This document shows, piece by piece, positions 23,801 through 37,174 of a stretch of DNA of 64,000 nucleotides. Every line of letters starts with the position of its first letter. Position 1 is the stretch's first letter. The position numbers were made by a program, and so were the translations under genes. Where the stretch lies: positions 33,852,001-33,916,000 of the forward strand of contig CM060734.1 of assembly GCA_030704615.1 (NCBI GenBank), read 5' to 3'. Origin of the DNA: Takakia lepidozioides (taxonomy: Eukaryota; Plantae; Bryophyta). The notes below the pieces were generated by a model. That model worked only from the letters and a program-made list of their open reading frames with translations. It did not search any database and had not been told where the DNA came from.

Positions 23801-26800
23801 GTACTGACGGAGATTGATACTTACCTTGTACAGGATCAGGTGATGGACTCGTCATTCTCTGTTCCTTCTCGAGCTGAAGCTGTCACACTCCTGCAACGAT
23901 TAAACCATCCAGTAGGCTCCATCAAACTGTCCTAGTAGTCCTGTAACCTGGGCTCTTGTGTGTTGGACAAGTACATTGGGATATGGTTCTTATGCAGAGT
24001 GTGTGATTGCGTTTGAGTTCCTGAGAGCAATATATATGCTTAGTGTCCGCTTGTTGCAGCGTACCAGCGGAGCCCATGCTCTAAGCCAACATTTGCACAA
24101 GAGGGTTACTTGTGGGTATTGATGCGACATATATTTGTGGTGGTGTAAATTCAGGTGGAAAGCATGATTGAAGTGTACCTAGCTGCACATTGGGACCGTC
24201 TGTTAAGGGACTTGGGGGTCGCTGAGCCAACAATGGCAAACAAGTTGAAGGGATGGCTTGGTTTGGAACCACGGACTGCAGACACAAAGGTGAAGAGGGA
24301 GACCCCAGGTTCTCCACAGAAAGCTATGGAGCAAATTGAAGAGGTAATTAGTTTTGGCCAGTGACTGTAGTACGTTCGGTAATTGCTTCAAATGATTGAG
24401 CTTTGATTTCTGTATTGTGTGTGTAGAACTTTATTTTAACTGGCTTGTCATCATATCTCTTTGGTGCAATCCCGGCAACTGTAAATCTTAATGCCATGAA
24501 TGTGGTTTCTGCAGGATTTTATTGACGACTTCATAGAGACAGCAACTACCTATAGGGCACTCTTCCCAACGGGCGAGAAGCGCCTTACAGAGGCTGCCAC
24601 CAATCTCTTTGATCAGTTTGTTCTCTTGGCTAAGCTTTGCTTGTCCACCACCATCCGTGATTGGTCTCTCTGAAGCCATTTAGTCATTGCAGAGTTCATG
24701 GCTTTACTAAATTACATGACTGTGTCATATGTATATCTGAGCCTGCTGTGTCTTCTGTATTGTATTGTTATATATTGTGTTTCACACTTGTCTTATCTAG
24801 TGTTAGTTATGGATGAATTTTCTTGTGTATGTAGAGAGGTAGGTTGTTATTTCTAACTTCACATGCTTTGCATGGATGTGAGTGTAGGCATGTAAGTGTA
24901 TTGGATGCCTTTTAGGCATGTATGGAGGTCCATGAAATTTTCGCAAGGGCTGACTGTACATAGGTTTTCCTTTCTTGTTCGTTTAACCATCCTTGGTCTT
25001 CCACTGCTCTCTACCTTGCTCTTGTGTTATTCCTTCAAATCTGTCTTTATTTTTCTCTCTTTTGTTGTACTCAGTCCCATGGCTCCCCTGTCAACGTTAT
25101 CAAAGTTCCTTTCTTTCAGGAGGCTTTTCGCCTTAGAGAATCACTCCCCTGTTGAATGGCTGTTTATGGCTGTGGTGTCCCCACTGTGCTGTCCTGGTTT
25201 TTCTCTCTTCTATTGTCCCATAAGCACTGGGGGTGTGATAAGGTTCCTTTCGTTCGTTCTTTCTTTCTGATGCCAAATCTTATATCAATACCCTGCATCC
25301 CAAACTGATTGAATTCAGCTTCCTGTGGATTTTATAAATAAAGTTCCTTTCGTTTGCTCTTCCTCTACTCCTCTCTGATGCCAACTCTTATATCAATACA
25401 CTGTATCCATTGGTGCTAATTTGGTAAGTTGATTGGTCAGAACTCAACGAAGTTGGTTCCTGAAGGGATTGCTATGCCAATAAGGCTGAGGTACGTCAAC
25501 ATTTGCATGATGAGGGGCATCTCATCACAATCACCCCACCCGTTGTCTGGCTTTCCTGCAGGTACTTTGCAAGTGTCCAGAAGTCGCTGCAGCCTGAGAT
25601 TGGAATACCATCTGCCACAGAACTGATTGCAGCTCTTGGTCAGCAAATTTTCCTTTTCAAGATTGCTGATTCAAGTGGTGGGGACATACTAGAATTTCCT
25701 TTACTTTGGACAACCAGCATGTAGCCCAGTGGTAATGGGCACATACCACGTTGGATGTGGTTGTGGGTTCAAACCACGGTCTGGTGTGTCATGAAGGTGT
25801 CCACCTTCCTAGCGGAAGGCAGTAGCCCTTCGGGGTGAAGTGACTCCATAAGTTATGCTTCCTTCGGGAGGCGTCATACTTTCCTTTACTTTGTCAACAA
25901 ACACTCATAGGGCTAGAGCAGCAGAGCTGGATTTAAAACTTGGGGCTAAAAGATGTCAGGATATCAACACACAACTCCCCAAATATTGACATAGGCTATG
26001 TGAGGCCAATGTCATGGCGTATTTTGAGTTTGAGTTTTGGGCTGTACCCTGGGTTTAACAGAGGGTTGGTCCCCTGCAGTGACTTTGCCTTCAAGGGAAT
26101 ATCACAGCCACTGCTTTGGGGGAGTGAGGATATCCCCATGGACGTCATAAAGTCTTTTTCTTTTCATATACTCTCTCTGTCTCTCGCTACGGCTGAAAGT
26201 CGAGAGGCTGAGCCAAAAGCCCAGGCTCTTTTGGGGCCTAGTTATTGGGCGAACCATACACAGCAGATTGATCCTTGTGTAAAGGGATTTCTAGAGGATG
26301 TTGGGAAAACTTGGATCAATTGTCTGTTCCAAGGTAAGTCATACTACCGGTGTCAGCCCCTGACAAAGGTAGGTTCTGTCCCTTTGTCTTCCGCTCAAAC
26401 AGAGCGTGGGGTCAGTGGCCACAAGGCTATGGCAAACAATGTCTTATGAGGACATCATCGCTCTCGCTCTCTCGCTCTCTCGGACGCTATAAAGCACCAT
26501 TTCATTTCATTTCTCTCTCTCTCTCTCTGTCTCTCTGCTACGTCCAACCAGGCTAAGTCTCTAGAATCCATTCAAGTGGGGGTGCTTAAGGAGTGTATGT
26601 CAGCATGCTCCAAAACAGCCAATGTGGCTGTTCGGGGTGAGTTTGGCATTCCGTCCTTAAGCTCCCGACGAGATGAATTCAAGGTCAGATGGTGGGGTCA
26701 GCTGCAACATATGTCCAACACCAGATATCCTAAGTTAATCGATTCTATATCTTGGAAACAGGACTGCCCTGTCAAACAGGCTAAGTCCTGGCAGAAGAGA

Positions 26801-29800
26801 GTAGAAGAGATTCTCAAGGACCTGGACCTGGATCCGCAAGTCTTGACCCTGCTGGATAAATCTGACTTAGAGGCTGTAGTGTCCAAAGCCATGTCTGTTG
26901 CCATGAGATTGTCTGATGAAAATGAAGTTAGGCAGAAAACTTCCCTGAACTTGTTTCCAGTCAGTGACATGGGGGAGGACATCTTGGATGACCTCAAGGG
27001 TCTACCCACTCTCGGCACTAGACTGAAATTTAAACTCAGGGCAGGAAGCCTACCTTTGAACAGCAAACAGAAGCAGAGAGGAAAGGGAGAGTGCAATTGC
27101 CCGTTGTGTGGGCAATCTGAAGACAGTATTCATTTTCTGATACACTGTCCGGGGTTCTCTCACCAAAGAGACGTTCTCTTCAAATCTATCAAGGGAATTG
27201 TGCCTGTACCCCTGTTTACCAACTTTGAAAGTCTCGAGGCTGAGCCAAAAGCCCAGGCCCTCCTGAGGCCTAGTTTTTGGGCAAATCACACCCAGCAGAT
27301 TGATGCTTGTGTGAAGGGATTTCTAGAGGACATCTGGAAAACCCGGATTAATTCTATATATGAAGGTAAGTCTTACTACCAACGTCAACCCCTGACAGAG
27401 GTAGGTTCTGTCCCTTTTGTTCCCGCTCAAACTGGGCGCGGGGTCAATGGCCACAAGGCTACGGCAAACAACGTCTTATGAGTACATTCTCTCTCTCTCT
27501 CTCTCTCTCCCTCCAGCCCTTTTGTTTGCGGATGACTTCGCAGGCGCAGGCAAAGGGGAGACTCCTTCCAATCTCCAGGAGTTGATTGATTGCGCGAAGA
27601 GATACTTTGACCCTTGGGGGCTAGAGGCTAACGTCAGTAAATGTGCAGTGGTGGCATTGAACGACCGAGGACAGGGAGGAGGTGATCCCAAGAAATGGGA
27701 AGCCAAGAGATTCCCGTCCTCCCTTTCTACACATACCTCGGCTTTGGATTTTTCCTCCAACTGTAATTGGGATGCACATATTCAGAAAGTTGTTCACACT
27801 GACAAGCGCAAAGCGCTGGGTCTCACTAACTTTCTCCACTGCAGAGGGATCAACTCTGAGGTTAAAAAAACCATGCTTTGTCGCGTTATTAGACCTGCCT
27901 TAGAGTGCGCATTGGTTTGATAACTCCAACCAGGCTAAGTCTCTAGAATCCACTCAAGTGGGGGTGCATAGGGAGTGCATGTCAGCATGCTCCAAAACAG
28001 CCAATGTGGCGTTCGGGGTGAGTTTGGCATCCCTTCCTTAAGCTCCCGACAAGATGAATTCAAGGTCAGATGGTGGGGTCAGCTGCAACATATGTCCAAC
28101 ATCAGATATCCTAAGTTAATCGACACTATATATTGGAAGCAGGATCGCCCTGTCAGACAGGCGAAGTCCTGGCGGAAGAGAGTAGAAGAGATTCTCAAGG
28201 ATCTGAATCTTAGCCCGCAAGTCTTGACCCTGCTGGATAAATCTGGCTTAGAGGCTGTAGTCTCCAAAGCCATGTCTGTTGCCAGGAAATTGTCTGATGA
28301 AAATGAAGTTAGGCAGAAAACTTCCCTGAACTTTGTCTACCCACTCTCGGAACAAGACTGAAATTTAAACTCGGGGTGGGAAGCCTACCTAACAGCAAAC
28401 AGAAGCAGAGAGGCAAGGGAGAGTGCAGTTGCCCGTTGTGTGGGCAACCTGAAGACAACATTCATTTTCTGATTCATTGTCCGGGGTTCTCTCACCGGAG
28501 AGACGCTCTCTTCAAATCTATCAAGGGAATTGTGCCTGTACCTCTGTTTACCAACTTTGAAAATCTCGAGGCTGAGCCAATAGCCCAGGCCCTTTTGGGG
28601 CCTAGTTATTGGGCAAACCGCACACAGCAGGTTGATGCTTGTGTAAAGGGATTTCTAGAGGATATCTGGAAAACCCGGATCAATTGTTTATTCCAAGTTA
28701 AGTCTTACTACCAGCGTCAGCCCCTGACAAAGGTAGGTTCTGTCCCTTTGTGTTTGCTCAAACTGGGTGTGGGGTCAATGGCCACAAGGCTACGGCAAAC
28801 AACGTCTTATGAGTACATTCTCTCTCTCCCTCGCAATTGCCTTTGTGAGTGCCTTAATGGCAGTTGTGGGAAAATAAGTTCATACTTCTGGGGATAAGGT
28901 AAACCATGAACCCCACAAAAGGCTCTGGGAGGGTTACCTGCGGGGTCAATGGCCATAAGGCTATGGCAGGGAACGGCATGAGTACATTGTCTCTCTCTCT
29001 CTCTCCCTCACCCTCACCGCCAAGGTAAGTCATACTACCAGCATCAGCCCCTGAGAAAGGTAGTTTCTGTCCCTTTGTGTTGCGCTCAAAGTGGGCGCCA
29101 GGTCAATGGCCACAAGGCTATGGCAAACAACGTCTTAGGAGTACATTCTCTCCCTCACAAGTTATGGCAAACATAATCTTTCTCTCTCCCTCACAGGTCT
29201 AAGGCCCTGCATGCAGCCCAGAGTGACTGGTGGAAGCCTCCTGTACCCTGCACATCCCCAAGCATGTCATTTCTCTGGTAAACGCAGGGCTATAAAGTTA
29301 AAAGCAATAACTCTGCAACTGGGCTGTCGAGTTTGCATGCGGACAAGTGCCTCTAGCGGGAAACTAAAATTATGCATGCAGCTGAGCTGCAGGGATAAGC
29401 TAAACCCTGGTGGGTGCGAACCCCACAAAGGCTTTGGGAGGGTTAATTTGCTGCGGGGTCAATGGCAGTAAGGCCATGGCAAGCCAACGTTCGCAGGGAA
29501 TACGAGTACATTCTGCCTTACAGGTCTAAGGTGGCGGAAGGTTTGCAAAATGCATTCTCAGGTGGCGTCCATGGCACACTGCCATTCATGTGCTGAAGCA
29601 CGAAGAGTTTCCGAACAAAACGAAGTTAGACATAAAACTTCCCTGAACTTGGTCTTCCTTTGAGCAATAAACAGATGCAGAGAGGAAAGGGAGATTGTCA
29701 ATGCCCGATGTGCAGGCGGCCTGAAGACTATCCACAATGTCTGGGGTATTCTCATCAGAGAGTGACCATCAAGAACATAGTCCCTGCACCTCTGTTCACC

Positions 29801-32800
29801 ATCTTTCAAAATCTCGAGGCTGAACCTAAAGCCCTGGCCCTGTTGGGTCTAGTTGCTGGGCAGCTCACACACGACGGATGGTTGCTTGTGTGAAGGGCTT
29901 TCTAGAGGAAATCTGAAAAGCCCAAACTAATTGTTTATATCAAGGTAAGTCCCACTACTGGAGTGAGCCCTCCCAAACCAGGTGTGGGTCTATGGCCACC
30001 AGGTGCAAACAACGTCTTATGAGTACATTCTCTCTTGGCCTTAAGAGGATGCAATGAATTTGTTTTGCCTTGTCCCGTGGGTCTTTATGGCTCCCTGGGG
30101 ATGTCATGAAGTTTCTACCTTCCCTTTTCTTTTCTTCTCCTCGCTTTACTACATGGTCAAGGGTAAAAATGTGAATATTCTAAGTTTTCTCATTTCTCAG
30201 TGCCATCTCCTTTCTATCCTATGTGTATCTTAGGGTTGTTGTTCAGAATCAACTGGTGGGTGCAGGAGTGTTGTCAAAGGATGTAACCAGATTGAATGAG
30301 TTGGTACCAGAGGCTGGCCTTCCTGATCGTGCTTCTAAGGTTTGTGGTGACCAAACCTCATGCAATCCATTCTTCACTCTTCACGTCCCTCCCCTGCCTC
30401 TGGGGATCTCCAGCTCTCCCTTGTGACTGGCCCTTCCATTCTCTGGTTAAAAGAACTCGATAGTGGAGTTAACATAAATGTTCGTTGGATCATCAAGGTG
30501 CTTTAACTCTCCTCTGTACTTCGTGCAATCCCCGTGCTAATGCAAATATCTTGCTTCACACATTTGAGCTATCTGATCTTTTGATTATGTACTTTATTTG
30601 TTTATTGGCTTGGAGCTCCCCTCTGCCTTCCTGACACCTGTAGAACCCATAACTCCTTAAGGGGAGCTGTTCACAGTACAATGTTTGGCTGTTTTTGCCA
30701 GGAACTTTGGATGAACTGACATGTTCTTGTTCACTTCACTTGTTTCTTAGTGATGGTCTCTCTTTGAAAGACTGAATCCTCGAGCAAGTGGACCCTTTTA
30801 CTGGCTACTTAATGCTACAGTGCTTGTGACCTCTTTAGGCCGTGGAAGATGCTGTCAGGCAACATGTTGCAATGGTGTTTGATGGCCTCTGCTACCGGAT
30901 CCAAGGTTGGTCAATGTCTCTTGTCTTTGCAAATTTTCACAAACATATGAACTTAAAATGTTGGGTTAGCATCAGATTGTCATCTGATTTGACTGACTAT
31001 GCTAATTAAATCTGCCCACTGTAAACTTAGGAATGCAAAAGTATCTGTCTGCTAAAGACCATCAGAACTGATGAAAAAGAGGCTCTTGTGTGTTGTGATG
31101 TGTAGTGGCCCTTGTGCTGACAGAGGCACCTCCTGCAAAAGCAGGGGTAATAACAGAGCAGCCAAGGCCCCTAAAAGCCTCCCTGGAAAATGGACAAAGA
31201 ACAATTATTCAAGGCAGTCTTGATGTCCTACAGGTCTGCACCTTTGGAATCCCTCTCTCGAGTTTCAGTGAACTTTTCAAACTATTTTCTTTTTCCGTTA
31301 GATAATCAAACAGTATCTAAGGTATCACGTTCATGGCCTTTATTGATCAACCCCGACTTTGCTGAACGCTTTTGGAAGCAACCAACATCTGGTGCTTTTT
31401 ATTCCCTTTGCCATTAGCAGACCAATCTATCTCTTGACTACGTATGATTGAAACCTCTTGCGGAAATGTCTATACTCTGCTTGGCAGGACCTAAAGGAAT
31501 TACTGGACAACGGCGAGGAGTACTTGATGCGATGGAGGGACGAGTACATTGACTTGATTCAGGCAGGCTTCCAGGAGCTTTTCACCAAACTGCTTGACCA
31601 CTTTCAGTCCCTCTGTAATGAATTTGGGTCTTTCACTTCAGAAAAGCAACAGTCTGGGCCGGCAGCGACCCCCAGCTTGGTCTTGTTGCTGGCCCTTCTT
31701 TCAGTCTACATCTACCAGACTGCTGTCCCCAAAATCACTGAGGTACATCTTATGCATTTGTGTGCTGTTTTAGGATATGTGAATCGGAGGCAGGAAGGAG
31801 AGGCCAGGAAGAAGGAAAAAAATTCATTTGAGTTCTTTTACTTGAAATCCTTGTTGACAATGGTGAAAGAATGGCAATGGCAAGGTGTGGCTTTCATAAT
31901 GTCTGGAGAGAGTACCTTCATTGTCAAAGTTCTAGGGGCATAGACCATTTGCCTCGTGGTACAGTCAAGCTGTCTGTCTGTAGAGTTGGGGTGTTATTAG
32001 CCCACAATCTAGTGTAACATTTGACCCGAAGGTCCTTGATCTAAGTCTATAGTAATAAGAGTGCATAGTTGACTCCTTTCGAGCTCTCCTTTAGAATATC
32101 TTTTGACTCTGACAGCACATGGATTCTTATATTTACCCTAAATCTCGGACTCAGGGATGGTCTCGGCTTCAAGAATAGCCTTAAGCCTCTCAAAACAGCA
32201 CTTGGTGCAAGTCTGTCGGTTTGTAGCTTGCAAACATGGAATCACGAGTGGAATTATCCTCAATGTACTCACCCGAAAATGAACACCTGCATCTCCACTA
32301 ATTGGGCATATAGGCTCCCTTTGCTTATCCTGATTGAGTAACTGTCTCAATGCTATTTTTGAATGTACTCATGAGACATTGTTTGCAGCAGCCTTGTGGC
32401 TATAGACCCTGTGCCCATTGGGTGGAATCAGAGGGTCATTGAGAAAGAAAGAAGAAGGGAGGCATCTACAGAAAGCTTGAGAGAATATGGTACAAACAAA
32501 AAGAGAAACAAGACAGAAAAGAAAGGAAGAAAGAAACTTTGAACAAAAAGAGGCAGAGACCAACTAGGAACAGCTGGCATTGGCAGGTGGTGGGTGCATG
32601 GTTCATAGGTGGGGGTGCAATGGGCTATGAAGCACGACCTGCCTTTGTGCCCTCTGAAATATGTCGCTTCTTTTATGCAACTGCAGATAAACTCCTCAAT
32701 CAGGTTCCTTGCCTACTTCAGTGATGTTTTTTGTTGGTCGTTTTGAAGTTTTGGTCGACCTTACATTTTGTTGCTAGATGAGGATCGTGGAATGCTTTTT

Positions 32801-35084
32801 TACTTTGGATGTGGGTATCTCATGTTATCTTTGGTTACCTCTCATTGTAAGTTCAGAGTTTACTAGGCTCATATATATGTCGATTAGGATGCACAGATCC
32901 AATTATGTACTGATCGAACAGGGGAATGGGTGATCTCAGTATGTAAATGTGCAGTCTCGAAAGCTGTCCCTACTTGTGCGCAAGAGTGTGTCTACTCCAC
33001 AATGGCTCAAGGTCTTCTCTAGCATTTATCTTTCTGTCAGTGTTTTGGTTGCACATAACAGAATTGTTCTTATGACTCAGTTGTCCTATTCTTTGCACAT
33101 GAAGACAAAAGAAGTCCATGGGGATGGGCAGAAACTATGGCTCATGTACCCGTGGTCGCCATGAGATGAGCAAGAATCCATTAAATGGGAAGCAGAGAAT
33201 GTTCCCTCTGAATGTTTGAGTGGTGTACCCTTTGGGAACAGAGTCCCAAGATGATATCAACTGTTTGAGAGTGGGTTGGCGACCAGCTATGGGAACTCAT
33301 CCTGAAGTGCAGGCTGGTATAATCAGCATGCGACAAATCACAATGTTCCCTCCAACACTGCCTCTTTAGGCCTAAATCATCCAAAGCTGTGACGCATGTT
33401 TGGATTGCACTGCCACCAGAGAAGGACAAGACGACGTGTATCCTGAGAGAGAAGATAGCAACAATAGTAAGAACTTGCAAATCTGAAACCCTGAAGATCA
33501 CCTCCCCACGTTAGCTTTGTCCATCTGTATGCACTTTCTTAACTTTCTGGGAAGACTTTTGCCCTTCTCTTTGTTGGGTGGGTGCAGTACAAGGAGCCCA
33601 GGGATGTTCGTATGTTTGCCGATTTGCTGTTGCAGGAGGTAACCTCCTCCTTATCTCAGGCATTGCTATTCAAATGTGGAAGATTAAGGAGCTGCATATG
33701 GGAGAAGATGGGGTGAGATGAAAATGGAAGATTGTACTAGGCATAGTTTGTGGATAGATTTCTTTTTCCTCTTTTCTGGGGGTTTAGATGGTATAGTTGG
33801 CATTGTATCCCCGTAGACCTGGGGAAAGGCCATTACAGCTATGGACAAACTTCTGTACAGCAGCACATCCCAGCTTTTCAGCTCTATTTAGGAAGTTGGT
33901 TATCATAATTAACTTGTGTTCAAAGTGAATCCCCATCTTCAGACTCGAGGACTTTTGCAATCTTTTGATCCGTCTCAATCCTCTTAATTGGAGAAAGTAG
34001 TCTTTGATGCTTGCCAGAGAGCACCCAGAGGATAGCTCCTTACATTGGAAAAGCTTCAGGTGGAGATCTTAGAAGGGGAGGTGCAGCAATTGCTTGACCC
34101 GGGCTCTGCTCGCATGCATCGGCGCACAGATAGCTCCGGCAGTGCTGGATCCTCACGGAGTATGTCAATGAGGAATGATAGTTATCGTGGTGGGGCTCAC
34201 CGCAGCAGTATATCTAACCGTGTAAGAAGCCGGTTGCTGGAGAGGGATGTGGCCAAGCTTTTCACACAGCGGGTTGAGCTTTTCACAAAAATTGAATTTA
34301 CCCAGGTAGATCCATTTTTTTCTACCACCATGGAGTTGGGGGGCAGCAAACCAGCTCTTTTGTGTAGAAAGCATGAAATGATGCAAATGTGCAATGTTTT
34401 TCTTGGACATGTCTTTCAAAAGGCACGTGTGGTTTCGTCTGTGGTAAAACTCACTTTGGTAGCATTTCAAGAGTGTCTGGCTCAATTTAACCAAGGAATT
34501 AATTTATCCGTGTAGGTCCACATTTCTCCTACCAGCATAGAGGGGGGCAGCAAACCAGCTCTTTTATGTGTAAATCACGGAATGATGCTAATGCGCAGTG
34601 CGATTTTTCTTGGATATTCCTTTCAACAGGCATCTGTGGTTTCGGCAGTCATAAAACTCACTTTGAAAACTTTTCAAGAGTGTGTCCGGCTTCAGACTTT
34701 TAACCGGAGTGGCTACCAGCAAATTCAGCTTGATGCACACTATTTGCGGGACCCGTTGCGTGAGCTGGTCGTCAGTGAGGCAGTGGTTGATACTCTACTT
34801 GATGAAGTAAGTGCTGCTCTCTTTGGTCCCCTCTTTTGGGCCACAAAGGAATCTATGCTGCATCCCTACCGTTAAACTCGTCAAATGGACATATTGAATT
34901 GACACTCCATATGTATTCTTTTTCACTGTGTTTTTGAATGGTGGGACCTACTTTCTTGAAGGTTTGCTCGGCAGCATCAGAGCGGTGCCTCGATCCCGTG
35001 CCCTTGGAGATAGCCATACTGGACAAACTTGTTCAAGCGAAGAGAGCTAAACGAGAGGCCTTGAAATCTACATTAGGGGCATAG
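20856..35084 (+). CDS. VPS51: Vacuolar protein sorting-associated protein 51 (GARP/EARP subunit), ~20 exons
   Basis: [21 protein letters not shown]; [35 protein letters not shown]; [12 protein letters not shown]; [10 protein letters not shown]; [21 protein letters not shown]; last exon 34962-35084 [11 protein letters not shown]...TAG; consistent GT-AG introns. Confidence 0.93.
25709..25879 (+). mobile_element. tRNA-derived SINE in a VPS51 intron
   Basis: A box TAGCCCAGTGG 25722-25732, B box GGTTCAAACC ~25766-25775, 14-bp TSD TTTCCTTTACTTTG (25695-25708 / 25880-25893); second copy at ~10.7 kb. Confidence 0.85.
26193..30035 (+). mobile_element. Head-to-tail stack of 5'-truncated non-LTR retrotransposons with (CT)n tails (copies ~26193-26450, 26543-27510, 27513-28830, 29020-29155, 29600-30035, plus short derivatives)
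   Basis: RT motifs LLFADDFAG and [13 protein letters not shown]; C-terminal [17 protein letters not shown] knuckle; ORF ends [10 protein letters not shown] followed by GTACATT(CT)n; recurrent 3' ends. Confidence 0.9.
32360..32412 (-). mobile_element. Isolated 3' end of the same LINE family
   Basis: Reverse complement reads GGGTCTATAGCCACAAGGCTGCTGCAAACAATGTCTCATGAGTACATTC. Confidence 0.7.
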
Positions 35085-36857
35085 ACATTTTGTTGATGTC
35101 CAACCCAACTTCCGGATTGGAGATGGTCGACTTATCTCAGTAGCCACATAGATAACATTTACACATTCATTTTGCCAACACTAGGGTTTCTTATCATCAT
35201 AACGAACCTGTTTGTCCTCAAGGGTTCAAGGTCTCTCCGGAGTAACTCGGCATGTTTCCATTTCAAAGGCAGATTGTGAGTCTGTATAAGTTTAGCATCT
35301 TCAAGGACTCCTTTCCCCCTACCAGCTCAGTGGTTTCGCTGCAGTAACTTTTTCATTAGTAGATATACTTCTTGCAAATGTGTCGGAGTAAGAGTCTGAA
35401 TGTCACCATCCTGGCTTACAAGCGGCATGATTGCAAGGCCACAGTCTGGAGCCTAGAAAAATTAAACCATCAAACGCCAAGCCATCAAACCACTGTGTAA
35501 CAAGTGCGGGGTGAAGGGAGCACTGAAAGTTGACTAAATGAACGGTTTGCTGTTCAAGAGGCAAATACAAGAAGAGGCAGTGCATTTCAAAGCTGGGAGA
35601 GAGAATCCCCAAGTGTCATTGAATATGACAAATTATGAGAAGAGCCATGGGAATTGATTGTGACATCTGGTGGTTCAGGGTACTGTTCTTTTTTTGGTAT
35701 TGGATAGAGATAAACAGTTGTTCTACCCTTTGGTTCTCTAGAAGCATTCTCCGGGGTTCTTTCCCCTTCGATAACCATTGGTGTCCTCTATGGTTCTCAA
35801 TGGATTGTTATATTAAATAGTAATTACATTGTTTGCAATCATGTAATCTGGAGAAAATGCATATGGTTTGGTATTATGGCTTGTGCTGATGGCGTTTATA
35901 GAATGGTGAGGATTATAGAGCCCACCCCTAGGGCAATGGGAATTGGGTTGTTTGGAGGTTGAGAAGTGGATTATGTGGCCTTGTGAGAAGGAAGGAAATT
36001 GAAGTTGAAGTACGCTCGATTTTTTTTTTGTCATGTCACCTAGAAGGGTACTATATCGTGCTTGCTGTTTGGAAGGTGGACCCTTTTCTACGGGATGTTA
36101 GCGGAGCAACACGGTTGCTGAACCCTCCCCCAAGGACTCGAAAGTCCTCAAGTATCCACACATTAGTAACCTGTTGACCTAGGTTCCTCCTTTTACAGCT
36201 GGTTGCCATAATGGATGACATTCAGCATACACCTATGAAAGCGATGGCATCCCCAATAAACATCGCACAGTGCGCTTCTACAAATAGACACTTGGCCACA
36301 CCTCTTACATTCTACGCACCCTATACTACATGGTCTCCGCCACAACCAAAGGGTTTGGCAGCTCAACAAACTCATGCTCTCACACCTCAGACTCGTTGAT
36401 TCAAACTCATCAACTGTGGTACTTATAAAGGCAAACCTCCATACCACACATCATCTTCATAGCTTTAACCGACAAATGCCTCACCTACGCATGCCAATGG
36501 GAAGCACTCGTTTCCCTTAATATACTTTTCCTACAAAGATTTTCTCTCTCTTCACCACTACCAACTGTCAATCAATACATAATCCAATTTTAACTAAATT
36601 TGTCAAGACCACAAATCAGATCAAGCTATTTATAACAAACGTGAGAAATATGACTCACTTATCTTGGCATTTAGACCACGTGGTTGGAAAATCGCTCCAC
36701 TCTGCGTCTGGGAAATAATTTGAGTTGAACCAGCCAATGGCCCCTCATTCTGAGAACCAACCGGCTAAGTGGGTTGGGGAGTCGGTTGCTTCCCCTTAAT
36801 GGTAACTACAATAGTCAATTCCTATGTAAACTTCCTCGGTAAATTTCCTAAGGTTTC

Positions 36858-37174
36858 TGTCAAGTTATTTTACCACTAGTGTGAAACTAGCTAGGAAATA
36901 GCTAGCTTTTACATATTGACATTTGGGATTGGCCCAAGTGTCAATCCAGGGGTCAAGGCAGATTTAGGCCCTGGAGTGGTTATCTTCACGGCAAGCGCGG
37001 AAGGCTCATCTTTCTCGAGATGAGCCTCACCGCGCCTAGCTATGGCGCCGTAGTGTGGATTCCCCATGGCGTGGGGTGCACTTGGCTTGACTTGTATTTG
37101 AGTGATGAGGTTATATATGCATGAGTTTATGCTTCAGATTTGTGAGCTCGTGCTTGTATTCTTCTTCTTTATCA
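36858..37174 (+). repeat. Terminal repeat A1 (317 bp)
   Basis: 3 mismatches to A2 by eye; TG...CA; several hairpins. Confidence 0.95.

Noticed and set aside
25715-25790. Functional tRNA gene
   Set aside because: No convincing cloverleaf; the TSD and a dispersed copy indicate a SINE
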